Assembly (NCBI GenBank): GCA_020137815.1
Contig: CM035356.1
Span: forward strand, 1,054,001-1,118,000
DNA from: Hormiphora californensis
Taxonomy: Eukaryota; Animalia; Ctenophora
Length of the DNA: 64,000 bases
Reading direction: 5' to 3'
Notes under the pieces: model-generated
The model's input: the letters and a program-made list of their open reading frames with translations, nothing else
What the model was told of the DNA's origin: nothing
The model's database searches: none
Program-made: the position numbers and the translations under genes
Part shown: positions 45,101-63,638 of the stretch, one piece after another
How positions within the stretch are numbered: position 1 is the stretch's first letter
Layout of the letters: each line of letters opens with the position of its first letter

Positions 45101-45834
45101 TCGAGTACAATCTTTTCTGCTCTGATTGTGACGTGTATTGTACAGATATAATTGTAGTTCCGTGTGAGAAATAGTGACCGAATGAGAGAGAGGGAGAGAG
45201 AGAAGGTGTGAGTATGTGAGAAAGTGAGTAGTATAGTTCTTATTGATATTTAAGTAATTGAGTGATTTATTAACTAACATTTCTTTTCTATTTATAGCTG
45301 ATGATGACGTTAAACGTCGAAACCGTCCCCCGTATTATCTTTCCTGAAATAAATCTCCGAGTCGTCTAAAGTCCTAAATAAACACTATTTCATTGTATCA
45401 AAACTATGCAACTCAAAAACAGCCGATTGGTCAACTTATAGTTATTGATTATGTAAAATATGTCTATATTTTATTGCTAAATTACGTGAAATAGCGCGGA
45501 AGAATGTTTAAAAATAGTAAAAGTTCGAACGAGAATGTTAAATAACTTTACAAAACTGTTTTTATTTTTTTGTATTTTTTTGTATTTTTTTGTATTTTTT
45601 TGTATTTTTTTGTATTTTTTTGTTTGAGGAAACCCGTGTTTTTTTCCGTACAAACGTACACGAAATAGGTTGGAACCCCCCCCCTATAGTTTAGTGATAA
45701 TTGGACAGGAAGATAGAGAGATCACTAGAGGAGCAGGTGCAGCAGTTTTATAAGTGTAGGTGTACTTCTGCTACAGTCACACTGTCAGGCCAATGCTCTG
45801 ACACAGATTCCACTTATTACGTGCTCAGGGTACC

Positions 45835-52429
<6,595 letters not shown>

Positions 52430-52697
52430 ACAATTCAATAACGGATGGCTCACGGTTGGATGAGTTTTAATTCGAGTTTTGCTTTCAGAAATTTAGTTTA
52501 GTTGTTTCCAGGCCATTCCAAAACCACAAAAAGACTGATCTTACGAAAAATTCAAGCGAGTGTACAAATTCCTTTACATTACTTCAAAACATTTAAAAAC
52601 ATTGTCTTTTATTGTTTACCCTTCAATGCCCCAAACCTTATTTGTTGGATCGCATTGAAAGGTTCATTCTTCGAACTCATTCCGAAGGTTCTTTTGT

Positions 52698-55600
52698 CTA
52701 ATGGACCCAAAGTGCACCTCTAAGATTGGATGGGGTGATAACCCGCACCGGTCTCCCCTTATCCACAATAATTTCTTCTGATGAAGAAGATGACACAATA
52801 GTGGATTCCCTTTCATAGTCATTTGCATACATAATCAAACTGTGCACCCTTTTTCTCGAGTTGCTCTTTGGTGTGACAGTACACTTGTTGCACTCGCAAT
52901 TGTTCATCCCAGTGCAGAAGGGAGAGGTAACGTAGACACCTGAGTCTCTCGTTACCATGGTATTATAATATGCCTCGGACATATACCGGGTCCGAGTTGT
53001 CTGTACGTTGGTATTGACTTCAGACATGACCCGCGATCGGGTGGTTTGTGCGGCCATTGTGTAACATTCGGAGCACAGGACACACGGACAAGGTTCTGTA
53101 CACCTGTCACCCTGGTTACCATGGTATTCACAACTACACGAAGTCCGGCTACAATAACTCTCCGAAGTCATCTCCCTCTGTTCCCTCCGGAGCCGCTTCT
53201 CCTCAATCATTTTCTCCCGGCGCTCTTCCCGTAATTCCAGGGTTTTCTTTATCTCCAGCAGCTTCTTCTGCTCCTCAACATCGACAAATAAATCCTGGGC
53301 TGCTCGAAGAATTTTCTTGCGTTGCTTTCGGAGGACCGTTAGATTCCGTTCTAGTCGGACAAGTTGCTTTTGGTCGGTGTTCTTCGTTGAAGTCCACATG
53401 TTCCGGTGGGTCTTATGGTCGGTTACCATGGAACCCGTCGTGAATTGTTTCCTAAGAGGTCGAAGTAAAATTTATGAAACTCTAACTGTTCAACAACTAT
53501 TGCGGATGGACCTTTATGATCAAGTGAAGAATCGGGCAAGTTTTCATGAAAAATATCTTACCTTGTTGTCTCCATTTCGGCATCTTTAAAAATACGAAGA
53601 TCACTCGTTGAGACACATTTCACATCATTATCTGGAACAGCGGAAACCCCAAAGTCAGAGACATCGGGGGGTTTTGGGTGACATTCCGAATCCTTCATCT
53701 CAGGTAGGGCAAGCACTTCCTTATCTTCTGTTGGGTTGAAAAACAGGATTTAATTAATAGTCCCATAGACCATAGTCTCATAAACTTGATTTGCTGTATC
53801 AATACTCAAATATTTCCGTGTTGAAAAGAATTAATATGCCCAACTTACTGAGCTCTTTTTCGTCCGTTTCGCAAGCAGCATTTGACACACTTTTCACTGT
53901 AACAGTAGCCTTGTGTGCGATGGGTGGCTTGTGCATTACCGCTCTGGACTTGGTGGCTGGTTTTGGTGGTACCGGTGGCTGGATGGGAAAGGTATTAGAG
54001 ATATGCATTACAAGACAAAGATTTTACGGTTACAAATATAATTTCGTATGATCTGAAGATATGTCTAACTTACCGGTGCATTAGCCAATCTGTCTGCCTT
54101 CAAGAGGGCCTCCAGGAGCTCAGGTACAGGATCGGCTCCAGTTTCCCGGGTCAAAATCTCTGTTTCCGTCTCCTGGTCCTCCGTCCAAAGATGCTCTCCA
54201 ACCGATCTTGTGATATGATGGTACTCGGTTCCCATGGCAACATGACGCTTTGCAACACCTTGTTTTTCCTCTGGGACAATCTGAACAGCGATCTCTGCTC
54301 TTTCTGGGTCCATTGTGCCCACACGCTGGGTTACCTGAGAGACAGGATCTGTCCAGGTTCCAGAACAAACCGTAATAGGAGCTGGCTCGGTACACATGCC
54401 CCTAGTCTTCATTTCCTTCTTCGGCTTCTTCGGTTTCTTAGCTTTCTCTGGTTTTTCACCTTTAGGTGGCTTAGAATCAGGTGATTTCTTTTTCTTTTTA
54501 GGCTTATCTGCGGGTTCGGCAGCCGTTTTAGGATCCTCATTTAAAGCATCATCTGTCTTTTTAGGGCCGTGATAAGAAAGAATAACGTTCTTTTGCATGG
54601 TTCCATCCACCCCTGTAACACTCGGCCTTCTTTTCAAGTTCTCCATCATGGCCCCCATCCTCATCACATTGCCCTCTCCCTTCACCTCAATATCCTCATC
54701 AGGACGAGAAGAACCAGAGGGTCCCCCTCGTCCATCTTTCTCAAACTTTATCTCAGCAGTTTTAGATGATACGATGGAGTTTTTCTTAGGTTTTACGGGT
54801 TTAGACCCCGCCTCCAAATAACCAGACATTGAATTTTTCGGCATCGTGTCACCTTGATCATTGATATTGGGTAAACTCGGTCTTGGAGGTTTAGGTGGAA
54901 GCGATGCTGATACCTTACCACTTGATGAACAACTAGTTGAACTGCTTGAAGACGATTTGTTAGATTCAGAAGAATTTCTTGATCTAGCTGAGTCCGTGGA
55001 AATAGTTCGTTTTCGAGAAACCGAAGCAGTTGATGCTTTCCGGGTTCTTCTGGGTTGTTTACTAGAAGTGGATTCTAGAGTGGCCGCTGCAGATGATTGC
55101 CTGGCTCTTGCTGACTCAGTGGTAGAAGATCGTCTTTCTGATTCAGTGGCAGATGAATGTCTGGCTCTCCTGACTCAGTGGTAGAAGATTTTCGCGATCT
55201 GGAGGAGGATACAGCAGTTACGACGCTCGAAGCTCTCCTGAACCGTGATAATGATTCAGTACCGACTGGTTGTTCTGGTGCAGTAGTGTTTTCACTCGCT
55301 GCAAAGTTTGATTCTGCTATTGATTCTTTGCGTATTTTAGATTGCTGCTGTAGCAACTGTCGAAGCTTTCCGGAATCTTGTTGTTGATTCTAAAACTGTA
55401 GAAGATTTCTCGGCCGCGGCAGTAACTTGATTTAGCGTCACCTCGATGCTACAGCTAACTGGAATTTTGCTTCTGATAAATCTGAAGTAGACTCTGCGGT
55501 AGCTGTGGACTGATTTCCGAATTCGAAAATGCGGTTGCAGGCGGTTGATACTCTTCTAAACCTTGATGAAGTAGACTCGGCAACTGTATCTGAAGATTTG

Positions 55601-56130
55601 GCTACACTGCTTGAAGCACGTCTAGCTCTTGGAACTGTTGACTGTGTTGCTAAAACGGACTCAGATGATTGTCTGATTCGAGTTGTTTCTGTTGGCTCAG
55701 AGGATGTGGAAACTTTCCGTGAAGAAAACGCAGTTGCAACGGTGGAAGCTCTTCTGAACCCTTTGGAAGCTGTGCCTTCTGTTAATTGACCTGATGAAGA
55801 TCCCTTGGTTGGTTCATGCTGAGAATCTGTTGCCTTCACCACCAGCACTGGTAGAATGTTTCCTGGTTCTGGGTGTGGAAAATGCAGGTTGTACCACTGG
55901 AAGCTCTCCTAAACCGACTCCTAAACGAAACACCTGTCTGATCTGTGGACTGTTGTCTGTCTGCGGCGGATTGTTGTCTGTCTGCGGCGGATTGTTGTCT
56001 GGCCCGTGAGGAAGCAGTACTACCGGCGAATGAATCCCTTCGTGATCGGGTTGTAACAGTTACAGATTCCCTTCTGTTGTCAACTGCTGCTGTCGACGAT
56101 GCAGAACGAATAGGAAGCAGAGTTACTGGG
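52698..56130 (-). CDS. Large S/T/R-rich disordered protein, multi-exon, 5' end unresolved; last exons near 53852-53977, 53562-53727 and 52698-53451
   Basis: Phase-consistent GT-AG junctions link the 54-56 kb frames (with slips) to ORF 52698-53429 (coiled coil plus Cys-rich). No recognised domain. Confidence 0.6.
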
Positions 56131-56651
56131 TAATGATTTGGGATTATCAGGGTCCCACCGAGGTGTAAACATTTATGCAGCGTGGGGTGATGAGATAATC
56201 CAACCGCACTCTGAAGTTGACTGGTAACGGTAATTACAACAATATTTAATGGGTGCAAACAGGAGCTGATGGAGCTGTACAAGGGTGCGTGTGTGTTAGC
56301 TAATCAGCGAGCGAAGGGCTGTGTGTAACATTGTGGTTCTGTGATATAACCACGGCGTAGGGTGCAAACATGTTGCTCGATAGGAAGAGATAACATCACT
56401 GATATACTGCATATTATCCGGAACCAAGCATATCTATATAAAATTAGAATGAATTAGAGATGTTGGAAATATGGATGGAAGCCAACCAGGAAATTGTTAT
56501 GTAGCACCCCCCTCCCTCCTGTGTACTATTTTTATACACCTTCACGTTCAAAACTCTATCACAAAAAGTGTCAGCCCATAATTCGTATCACCTTGTCCCA
56601 CACGCAGAGTGTGTATACTTTTTGTTGTGCAATTGCCGATCTCCACTCTAA

Positions 56652-59600
56652 ATGGTACCCTGGCCCTTCGAGGATGAGGAAGATGAAAACACAGACCCAC
56701 CCTCCCTTTCACCACTGTCCGATGTAATTGAGGAACAGGAACCGACCGAAAACAGCGAGGATTTCTCTGCTTTTGAGAGACGGCTAGCTGAAGAGGAGGC
56801 AAGGGTAGCTCAGGATCAAGATGCAACCGAAAACAGCGAGGATTTCTCCGCTTTTGAGAGACGGCTAGCTGAAGAGGAGGCAAGGGTAGCTCAGGATCAA
56901 GATGCAACCGAAAACAGCGAGGATTTCTCGGCTTTTGAAAGGAAACTAGCAGAAGAAGAAGCAAGGATAACCGGTGGCAAGATGCAACCTGATGACGAAG
57001 AAACCGAATCGGATTTCTCTGCTTTCGAACAGCGTCTAGCTGCTGCAGCGGGACATAACCCACCGGAGCTAACAGAAGAAGACGCTTCTTTGGGGTATAA
57101 CGCAGTACGACCACCCAGGGAAACAAGAGTTACATTTCAAGAAGATGAAGAGGATGAAACAGAAAGTGAGGACTTCTCAGCGTTTGAAAGGCGTCTGGCA
57201 GCAGAACAGCAGTTGATGGAACCCATTGAAGAAGATGATGCTGCGGACAGGTTTTACCGCGACTACGAAGAGATGTATGGACGCTCCCCCGAGGGTTGTG
57301 TGCCTCTATCTCTGACAGAGTATACAGCAACTAGGACTGAGGATGTGGGCAGCGAAGAAGAGGAAGACGACTTTGAGGATGAGGAGGATGAGGAAGACAA
57401 AGAGGAGGAGGATGGTGTTGATCCATGTGTGAAGGAGTACGATGCAAGGATTCTGCAGCGCCGGGCGGAAAAAGAGGATTCTCTGTTGGAGCCTGATTCC
57501 AGTGAATCTTCCTCGGCGTTTGAGCGGCGTTTAGCTCAAAAGTTCCCGATCAATCCTGGTTCAGAACACGATGATGAAACTGATTTTGATGGAATGAACA
57601 CGAGGACAAGGGACGACTTTGAAAGATCAATCCTGACCCTTGATGAGGTGCTATCGGAACCCCCCGCATCACGGGCAGGCTCCCCGCTGCTGACAGACCA
57701 GGAACCTCCACTCCTCAGTATCACCCACAACATCAGTACCAACCTTAACACATCGAAAATATCTCCACCCAAGGATACGATTAGCAGTGGATCTGAGAGG
57801 ACAGGTGTCACCCCACCAACTGCCGGGTCAATTGCCCGACTTCTCACTGATCTAGAACACATTCCTGATTCAAAGTACCGGGATTCAGTACTACGGGTAA
57901 TTGAGAAGCTGGCAAACTGCATGGTGTACCTCACCGATCTGAACAGTGAACTAAAGACTAACTTGCAGAAGGGATTCCAGTGTCCCTTGCACCACACAGC
58001 CGCTGGGAGCTACGAGTGTCTCCCTGAGACGATCTCACAGCGATGCCTCCGGAAATGTAGCAGTTACAAGTGTCTAGGGGTGTGCGGTGCAACACGGGGC
58101 ATGATGGGCGGATCAGACCAGAGGTTAGCATCAGATTACACCAGGAACAGTAGGAACCGTCTAAATAGTACCACGGAGGATGAGTTCTTCCTGGTCCAGG
58201 AGCAGCTGTCCGCCAGACCAAGACGAAGGAGCATGATCGAGTACCCCACTGATCTTGAGTCTCCTGACAAGGACGCAACGCTTGAGGAACAAATCAAAGC
58301 GTGTCTTAACAATGCAACAAGTTTGGAGACTCTACTGAATAGCCCGAGTGCGGGAGTAGGACTGAGCCCAAACCACCGACTCTCCCAATCAATGCCTAAC
58401 ATAGTTTCCAGGGGAGGAATGAAGGATGATCTATCTCTGAGTACCATAGAATCCCGCAGTAAGGCGAGCAGTGAGGGGATCAACGGAGAGGAGGAGGAGG
58501 AGGTTTCACCCAACCTAGGACACATTAAAGTTCCTGACAAGCTACTGCACAAACTGACGAGGCCACTTCTCCAACTTACTGATTCAACATCAGATTCAAC
58601 ATCAACTGCTCGGCTGATAAATGACGATGAAACTGGGAAGAGGGCGAACGCAAAACTAAAAGAAGTCATGAGGATAGAACGGGAGCTAGAGGAGTGTGTC
58701 AAATTGTCCATGAGTTTGGAAGATTTAATCATTGATTATGTAGCTAAGAATGACTCTCAGACGATGCAACAGAGTTTCAAGAGCATATCAATGCCTGATG
58801 TTCGACTCCGAGGTTCACTAGCAGAACTGAGCTCCAGGCCCAATCTGAGAACATCTCTGAACGAGGTTCCCCACCATCCAGCATACAGCTCCTCCGGGTA
58901 TGGTGGTATGGATCTATCACCACGAATGACTCGCCGACAATTTCCACCTCGCGCTGGCTTGAATGCAGGTAGACATGCATGGGGTAGCGATGACATACCT
59001 CGGTTCAGGAGACATCTTCGTCCACAATATTATGACCAGTTAACATCCAGTGACTCCTATGAACGGCCTTTCCGTCCTAAGTTGAAAAAGAAGTCCCTGA
59101 GTATGAGTCTAAACACTGCCTCATCATCATTCTCTTCTTCTCCATCTTCCTCAGACGGAGAACGATTCCGAAAGAAGGTCACCAAACTCAACTACCCCCG
59201 GACAGACTCTCCGCCTGGGAAGGTGGTGAGGTTTAGACGACCCACAACACCTGATACCAGTGATGCTCATGATGATGCTGCAGGTAGATACTCTGAGGAG
59301 GAGGACAGCGAGCTGTCTGGTAGGAACAATATTGAACCACCAATTCCAAAAGAGACATCGTCCAGCGAGGAGGAGGAGGAGGAGGAGAAAACAACTTCGA
59401 CTGAGAGTGAGCTGGAGGCGATCATTGTCGATCACAGGCCCTTGGATTCGTCTCCTCTGGCAGCTACTTCTTCTAGCAAGACGAGTAGCGAGACCTCATT
59501 AGAGACTCCAGAAGAAAAGGAGGAGGCTCAGAGGAAGTCAGTGAGGAAGGGCAAAGCAGTGGAACGAGATGTGCCTTTAGAAGAGACTGTTAAAATCCCC

Positions 59601-61415
59601 GTTGAGAAAAAGGTTGATAGGAATACACAAACGGACAGTGATGAGGAATCTGTTGAAAAACCAGAGACGAAGAATCTAATCACGAATTCTGAAAAGGCTC
59701 CTAAACCAGATGCAAATGATCCAACCAAAATAACAGAACCAGCCGCTCCAGAAAAAGGAGGTGAAGACCGGCCTCCCAAAACCAAAAAAGAGAAGAAGAT
59801 TCATAAGAAGGAAAGTGAGTCCAAGAAAAGAAAGGCAAGTGACAAAAAGAATCCAGTACCTGAAAACGATGAAAAAGCTCAGAAGTCGCCCAGTCCATCC
59901 CGCTCTCCAGAAATCACCAAATCACCTGCTCTGAGTCCTGCACAATCTCCAACGAGAGAAGTGTACCAACAGCCGATAACAAGAATTGATAAGGCAGTTT
60001 CACCGATATATTTCGCAGATCACGGACCTGAAGTTTCCTTTAGCACAAGAGCTACATCGCCCATAAAAATCATTGACATGGGGATCACAAAACGGGATTT
60101 TGGCAGCCAAGCTAATGTTGCCTTTTTTGAAACTAAAACAACGACTACCTCTACTCTTTCAACACAGACGATTGACAGTCCGAGACGGGAACCAACTCCA
60201 CTTCTGTCCCATTCGTTTTCCCAAACTACGGAGGAAAGGTCCCCGTCTTCACTAAGTAAACCACGTGACCAATCAATCAGATCAGAGCCAAATCTTGCTG
60301 AGCGATCCTGGTCTGATAAACCCAACTCGTTCGACGTGGCACGATCCTGTGATCACCTCCAGGATTACAGCAAGGGTACAGAGGTTACCACACATACTCC
60401 TTCATCAAAACAAACGCCAGTGCGAACAACGAGACCTGCAGCCGGGAAATATTCCAACGAGGATATTAATCACTATCCTAAAGATCGTGTTGTTAGGAAT
60501 AGGAGAACGAGAAGGGGCCGAAAGAAGGCAGAATTGTATAGCGAGGAATCGCTGACAGACCAAACGAGTAGTAGCAATCGAACAGATGACTCGGGAATTG
60601 AGGAAAGGAGAAGGCGGAGAAGACGGAGAGCTGAGATGAATTTACAACGAAACATGTCACAACAACAGTACGGTGCTGCTTCGCAACTTGGAGTCACATC
60701 CCACCACCAGGGGACTGCTATACAACATGGGGCTGTCACTACTGCTACATCCCATGTGCAACATGGCCATCATGGGGCAAACTGTATCTCATGCCAGCGG
60801 GAGATAACCAACTATCCTCACATCAGGATATGCAAATACCACCACCCCCAACAGAGCAAGTGCCATGCTTACGTCATGGATAAACGGCAGATGAAGAAAC
60901 CTGAAAAGGCTCATTTTAACACTGTCACGTACTTTGTGAACAAGCCAGCAGGTGAGTCCAGTGAGAGTAGTTCCAACCATAACAACCCCGTGAAGAGATC
61001 TCACCATGTGGAGGATATTGATAAACACCTTGCCAAACAACTGAGGAGTCCAACACCCGCTGGGGATGACAATACTCTAAACTTTTCAACCAACTTCTAC
61101 ACTGTATCACCAGACCCGAGGAGGCCCCACCCTGATGATGATGTCTCCATTCTCCTCGTTCCTAACAGCCCAGAGTTTGAGGGAAAGGATGTGATATGGG
61201 AGAAGATTCCCGATCGCTCCTCTTCTTCTGATGATGATCAGGACACTACCACAGAAGACCGTGCGTTTGATGAATACAATGAACTGATGCAGAGGCTGAA
61301 TAACAGCTCTATTGATAAACGTAGGCTGATACTCTCCCTTTTTAAGAACATGGGATCGACAGAGCAGAGGTCAAAGAGATTACTCGACAATCTCAACCGG
61401 AGAATGAAGCTCTGA
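56652..61415 (+). CDS. 1587-aa single-ORF acidic, mostly disordered protein with N-terminal DFSAFERRLA repeats
   Basis: 4.7-kb uninterrupted ORF; no recognised family; true start uncertain. Confidence 0.8.
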   Translation: MVPWPFEDEEDENTDPPSLSPLSDVIEEQEPTENSEDFSAFERRLAEEEARVAQDQDATENSEDFSAFERRLAEEEARVAQDQDATENSEDFSAFERKLAEEEARITGGKMQPDDEETESDFSAFEQRLAAAAGHNPPELTEEDASLGYNAVRPPRETRVTFQEDEEDETESEDFSAFERRLAAEQQLMEPIEEDDAADRFYRDYEEMYGRSPEGCVPLSLTEYTATRTEDVGSEEEEDDFEDEEDEEDKEEEDGVDPCVKEYDARILQRRAEKEDSLLEPDSSESSSAFERRLAQKFPINPGSEHDDETDFDGMNTRTRDDFERSILTLDEVLSEPPASRAGSPLLTDQEPPLLSITHNISTNLNTSKISPPKDTISSGSERTGVTPPTAGSIARLLTDLEHIPDSKYRDSVLRVIEKLANCMVYLTDLNSELKTNLQKGFQCPLHHTAAGSYECLPETISQRCLRKCSSYKCLGVCGATRGMMGGSDQRLASDYTRNSRNRLNSTTEDEFFLVQEQLSARPRRRSMIEYPTDLESPDKDATLEEQIKACLNNATSLETLLNSPSAGVGLSPNHRLSQSMPNIVSRGGMKDDLSLSTIESRSKASSEGINGEEEEEVSPNLGHIKVPDKLLHKLTRPLLQLTDSTSDSTSTARLINDDETGKRANAKLKEVMRIERELEECVKLSMSLEDLIIDYVAKNDSQTMQQSFKSISMPDVRLRGSLAELSSRPNLRTSLNEVPHHPAYSSSGYGGMDLSPRMTRRQFPPRAGLNAGRHAWGSDDIPRFRRHLRPQYYDQLTSSDSYERPFRPKLKKKSLSMSLNTASSSFSSSPSSSDGERFRKKVTKLNYPRTDSPPGKVVRFRRPTTPDTSDAHDDAAGRYSEEEDSELSGRNNIEPPIPKETSSSEEEEEEEKTTSTESELEAIIVDHRPLDSSPLAATSSSKTSSETSLETPEEKEEAQRKSVRKGKAVERDVPLEETVKIPVEKKVDRNTQTDSDEESVEKPETKNLITNSEKAPKPDANDPTKITEPAAPEKGGEDRPPKTKKEKKIHKKESESKKRKASDKKNPVPENDEKAQKSPSPSRSPEITKSPALSPAQSPTREVYQQPITRIDKAVSPIYFADHGPEVSFSTRATSPIKIIDMGITKRDFGSQANVAFFETKTTTTSTLSTQTIDSPRREPTPLLSHSFSQTTEERSPSSLSKPRDQSIRSEPNLAERSWSDKPNSFDVARSCDHLQDYSKGTEVTTHTPSSKQTPVRTTRPAAGKYSNEDINHYPKDRVVRNRRTRRGRKKAELYSEESLTDQTSSSNRTDDSGIEERRRRRRRRAEMNLQRNMSQQQYGAASQLGVTSHHQGTAIQHGAVTTATSHVQHGHHGANCISCQREITNYPHIRICKYHHPQQSKCHAYVMDKRQMKKPEKAHFNTVTYFVNKPAGESSESSSNHNNPVKRSHHVEDIDKHLAKQLRSPTPAGDDNTLNFSTNFYTVSPDPRRPHPDDDVSILLVPNSPEFEGKDVIWEKIPDRSSSSDDDQDTTTEDRAFDEYNELMQRLNNSSIDKRRLILSLFKNMGSTEQRSKRLLDNLNRRMKL

Positions 61416-61521
61416 AATAACGAGGAAGTATAACCAAGTTAAGATAACTAAGTTAAATTTTGTATTGAATTTGCTGATTTTTAAAACGTGTGTGTTTTCA
61501 AGCAGTTAATTAGTTAGAAAA

Positions 61522-61753
61522 GTGGCGATTCAAAAAGGACGTCCAAGGGTAGGGGGACCGGGAGAGGGGTTGACGCAATTCGGACTGTCCCAGGGTTTGA
61601 AGGAAAATTATACTGATTTTAGTAGATATATAGGTGGACGAAACTCGGACAGGGGGAGGGAGGGGGTCTGGCAGATCGGACAGGCCTGGACAGGGGGAGG
61701 GAGGGGGGGTAAAATATGACCAAAAATCATGGACGTCCTTTTTGAATCGCCCC
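61522..61753. mobile_element. PIF/Harbinger-type MITE
   Basis: TIR GGCGATTCAAAAAGGACGTCCA at both ends, 3-bp AAA flanks. Confidence 0.75.
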
Positions 61754-63155
61754 AAACCGAACAACCTCTAACATAATGCAGTGGTACCTCTTCTTGCATG
61801 TATCTTGTACTGGTTTGGTTTGGTTGCTTTGTTCAACGGTCAACCCACTCTTTCTGCAACTCATATGTAAGGAAAGGATGGACCATTTCAACAAGTCTGT
61901 CATACGACTTTGCTAGGCTGATACTGATAGGATTAAACCCTTTTCACCAAATCAGAACTTTTCGAAAGTTTATCCAAGGCTCTAACCTCAACCGATCCAG
62001 GCCTCCAGGAGACTCACATAGGTGACAGGTTAACGGGGCCTTGCCATGCTACGCAGTCTGTCGTTCGCGCGATGAATCGCCTCTTCGGCTCCCGTAAGCT
62101 CACATCGGGCCTTCGGCCGGGTGTGAGAGCCGAGTCCGACAGGTTGTGAACATTTCAACCGGGAACCGGGCTGTCTGGCGGTGCCAGACCCCGATTTGAT
62201 TCTCAACAGTGCGCTCGGTTGGGGCCTGCGGTGCCAGACAGGACCGGGTAATTTCCCCTATCTGAAGTACAAAGCCACGATTTTTGGATAAAAACGGCCA
62301 TCTTGGATTTAAAAAAAATACCTTTAACTTCCACTGAGATATATACGGTACGCACGCATTTCATTTCGAATGTAACATGAAAATGAATTTGCGCGTGACA
62401 TCAATGACGTCATGAATCTACGCTCCCTCATTTAATTGGCAACTAATCGCACCGAATAGAAGGATTTTACTCCCCTTACTGCTTGTTCATATTCGAAGAT
62501 CTTCTAATTGGTTTCCCATTATCCAGGTTCCAATTTGTAACTGGAAAACCATTTCCACCTCCAACAAGTTAAAACACAGATCTCCGGTTTTTTACTAAAT
62601 AAATTTTCTCAACTTGAATCTGAGATTAAGACCGTAATATGGCGAAAAAAAGTTCGCAGTTAACTCACTCAAGGCCTTGCTATTGACACAAGTTATGTTT
62701 CCAAACTCGGGAAAACAGTAACACTGTGCAAGAGCAGGCCCACGGGGATGGATAAAAAATAGATAAACCCTGATATAGATTTCAGTAGAAGATGGTTTAA
62801 TTTTCTTTTTAAAGTGCTACAGGGCTTTCCAAAAAGTTGGAGCCAAGCTTTTCTCAAAGTGACCCCAACCTAACACCCTGTTTTATCCTACAAACCTACC
62901 CTCGATAAAGGGGGAGAGAATTCTTATTTTTAATCAGTGACCAGACACAAATCATGTTCATTTTCCTTTCCAAACATAAACACACACAAACAACTTTAAA
63001 ATAGGTCTAGCGAGTGTTTAAAATTGCAGTTCAAAAACTAAAAAGCGGAAAAAAGCTTATAATAATTACGCTCAAAGTTGTTCATGTGTATTGGATTAAA
63101 AAATACTTGAGCAATCCGGTCTGGACGCTGATCATCTTTTCAGACATGTTTCGTA

Positions 63156-63223
63156 CAGTCGGACCCCGATTTACCGCGATGCTCTTGGGAAAGGATTTTG
63201 CCCGGTAAATCGTGGTTCGACTG
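63156..63223. mobile_element. 68-bp Tc1/mariner-type MITE
   Basis: TA-CAGTCG...CGATTTACCG...CGGTAAATCG...CGACTG-TA. Confidence 0.75.
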
Positions 63224-63401
63224 TATACAATATATATAATTATATTGCTAATAAGTTAGTTTCAAATCAAATATAGTTATTGACCACACACTTGTAATTG
63301 TTCTGTCTTATATATTTCAGTGTCTGAATATCGCACACGTACCCCCCTCAACATTGAATACTTTGAGTCACTTATCTCAAGATTTACACACCCCAACACA
63401 T

Positions 63402-63638
63402 TTAAATCGTGGTTTTCACCTTTCCACCATCTCCCTCACTAACAAATCTCTTTCGGCCCCGGGTCGGGGGAAAGACCATGTCATAAGTCTCCTCGGACAT
63501 GAAATTCTGAGTAACGCACATGTCACAGAAGGTGCAGTAGAGGTTGGATGCAGAGGGAATATCGAGGGTGAGTTCTGGGAGATCGTCCGTTACCCGCTTG
63601 AAGCCCTTCTCAAATTGGTCCGGGGTGATGATGCTCGC
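63402..63638 (-). CDS. PDCD4: Last exon of programmed cell death protein 4 (MA3 domain C-terminus); not in the ORF track
   Basis: After a TTCTCAG acceptor: ASIITPDQFEKGFKRVTDDLPELTLDIPSA...PTRGRKRFVSEGDGGKVKTTI*. RGRKRFVSEGDGG is the PDCD4 signature. Confidence 0.9.
   Translation of the reverse strand, partial: ASIITPDQFEKGFKRVTDDLPELTLDIPSASNLYCTFCDMCVTQNFMSEETYDMVFPPTRGRKRFVSEGDGGKVKTTI

Larger units (their letters stand above)
42100..45684. mobile_element. 3.6-kb non-autonomous DNA transposon with GGGGGGGTTCCAACCTATTT TIRs and TATA flanks (superfamily uncertain, Sola2- or ISL2EU-like)
   Basis: Inverted termini with subterminal (ATACAAAAAA)n arrays at both ends; no transposase ORF. Confidence 0.8.
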
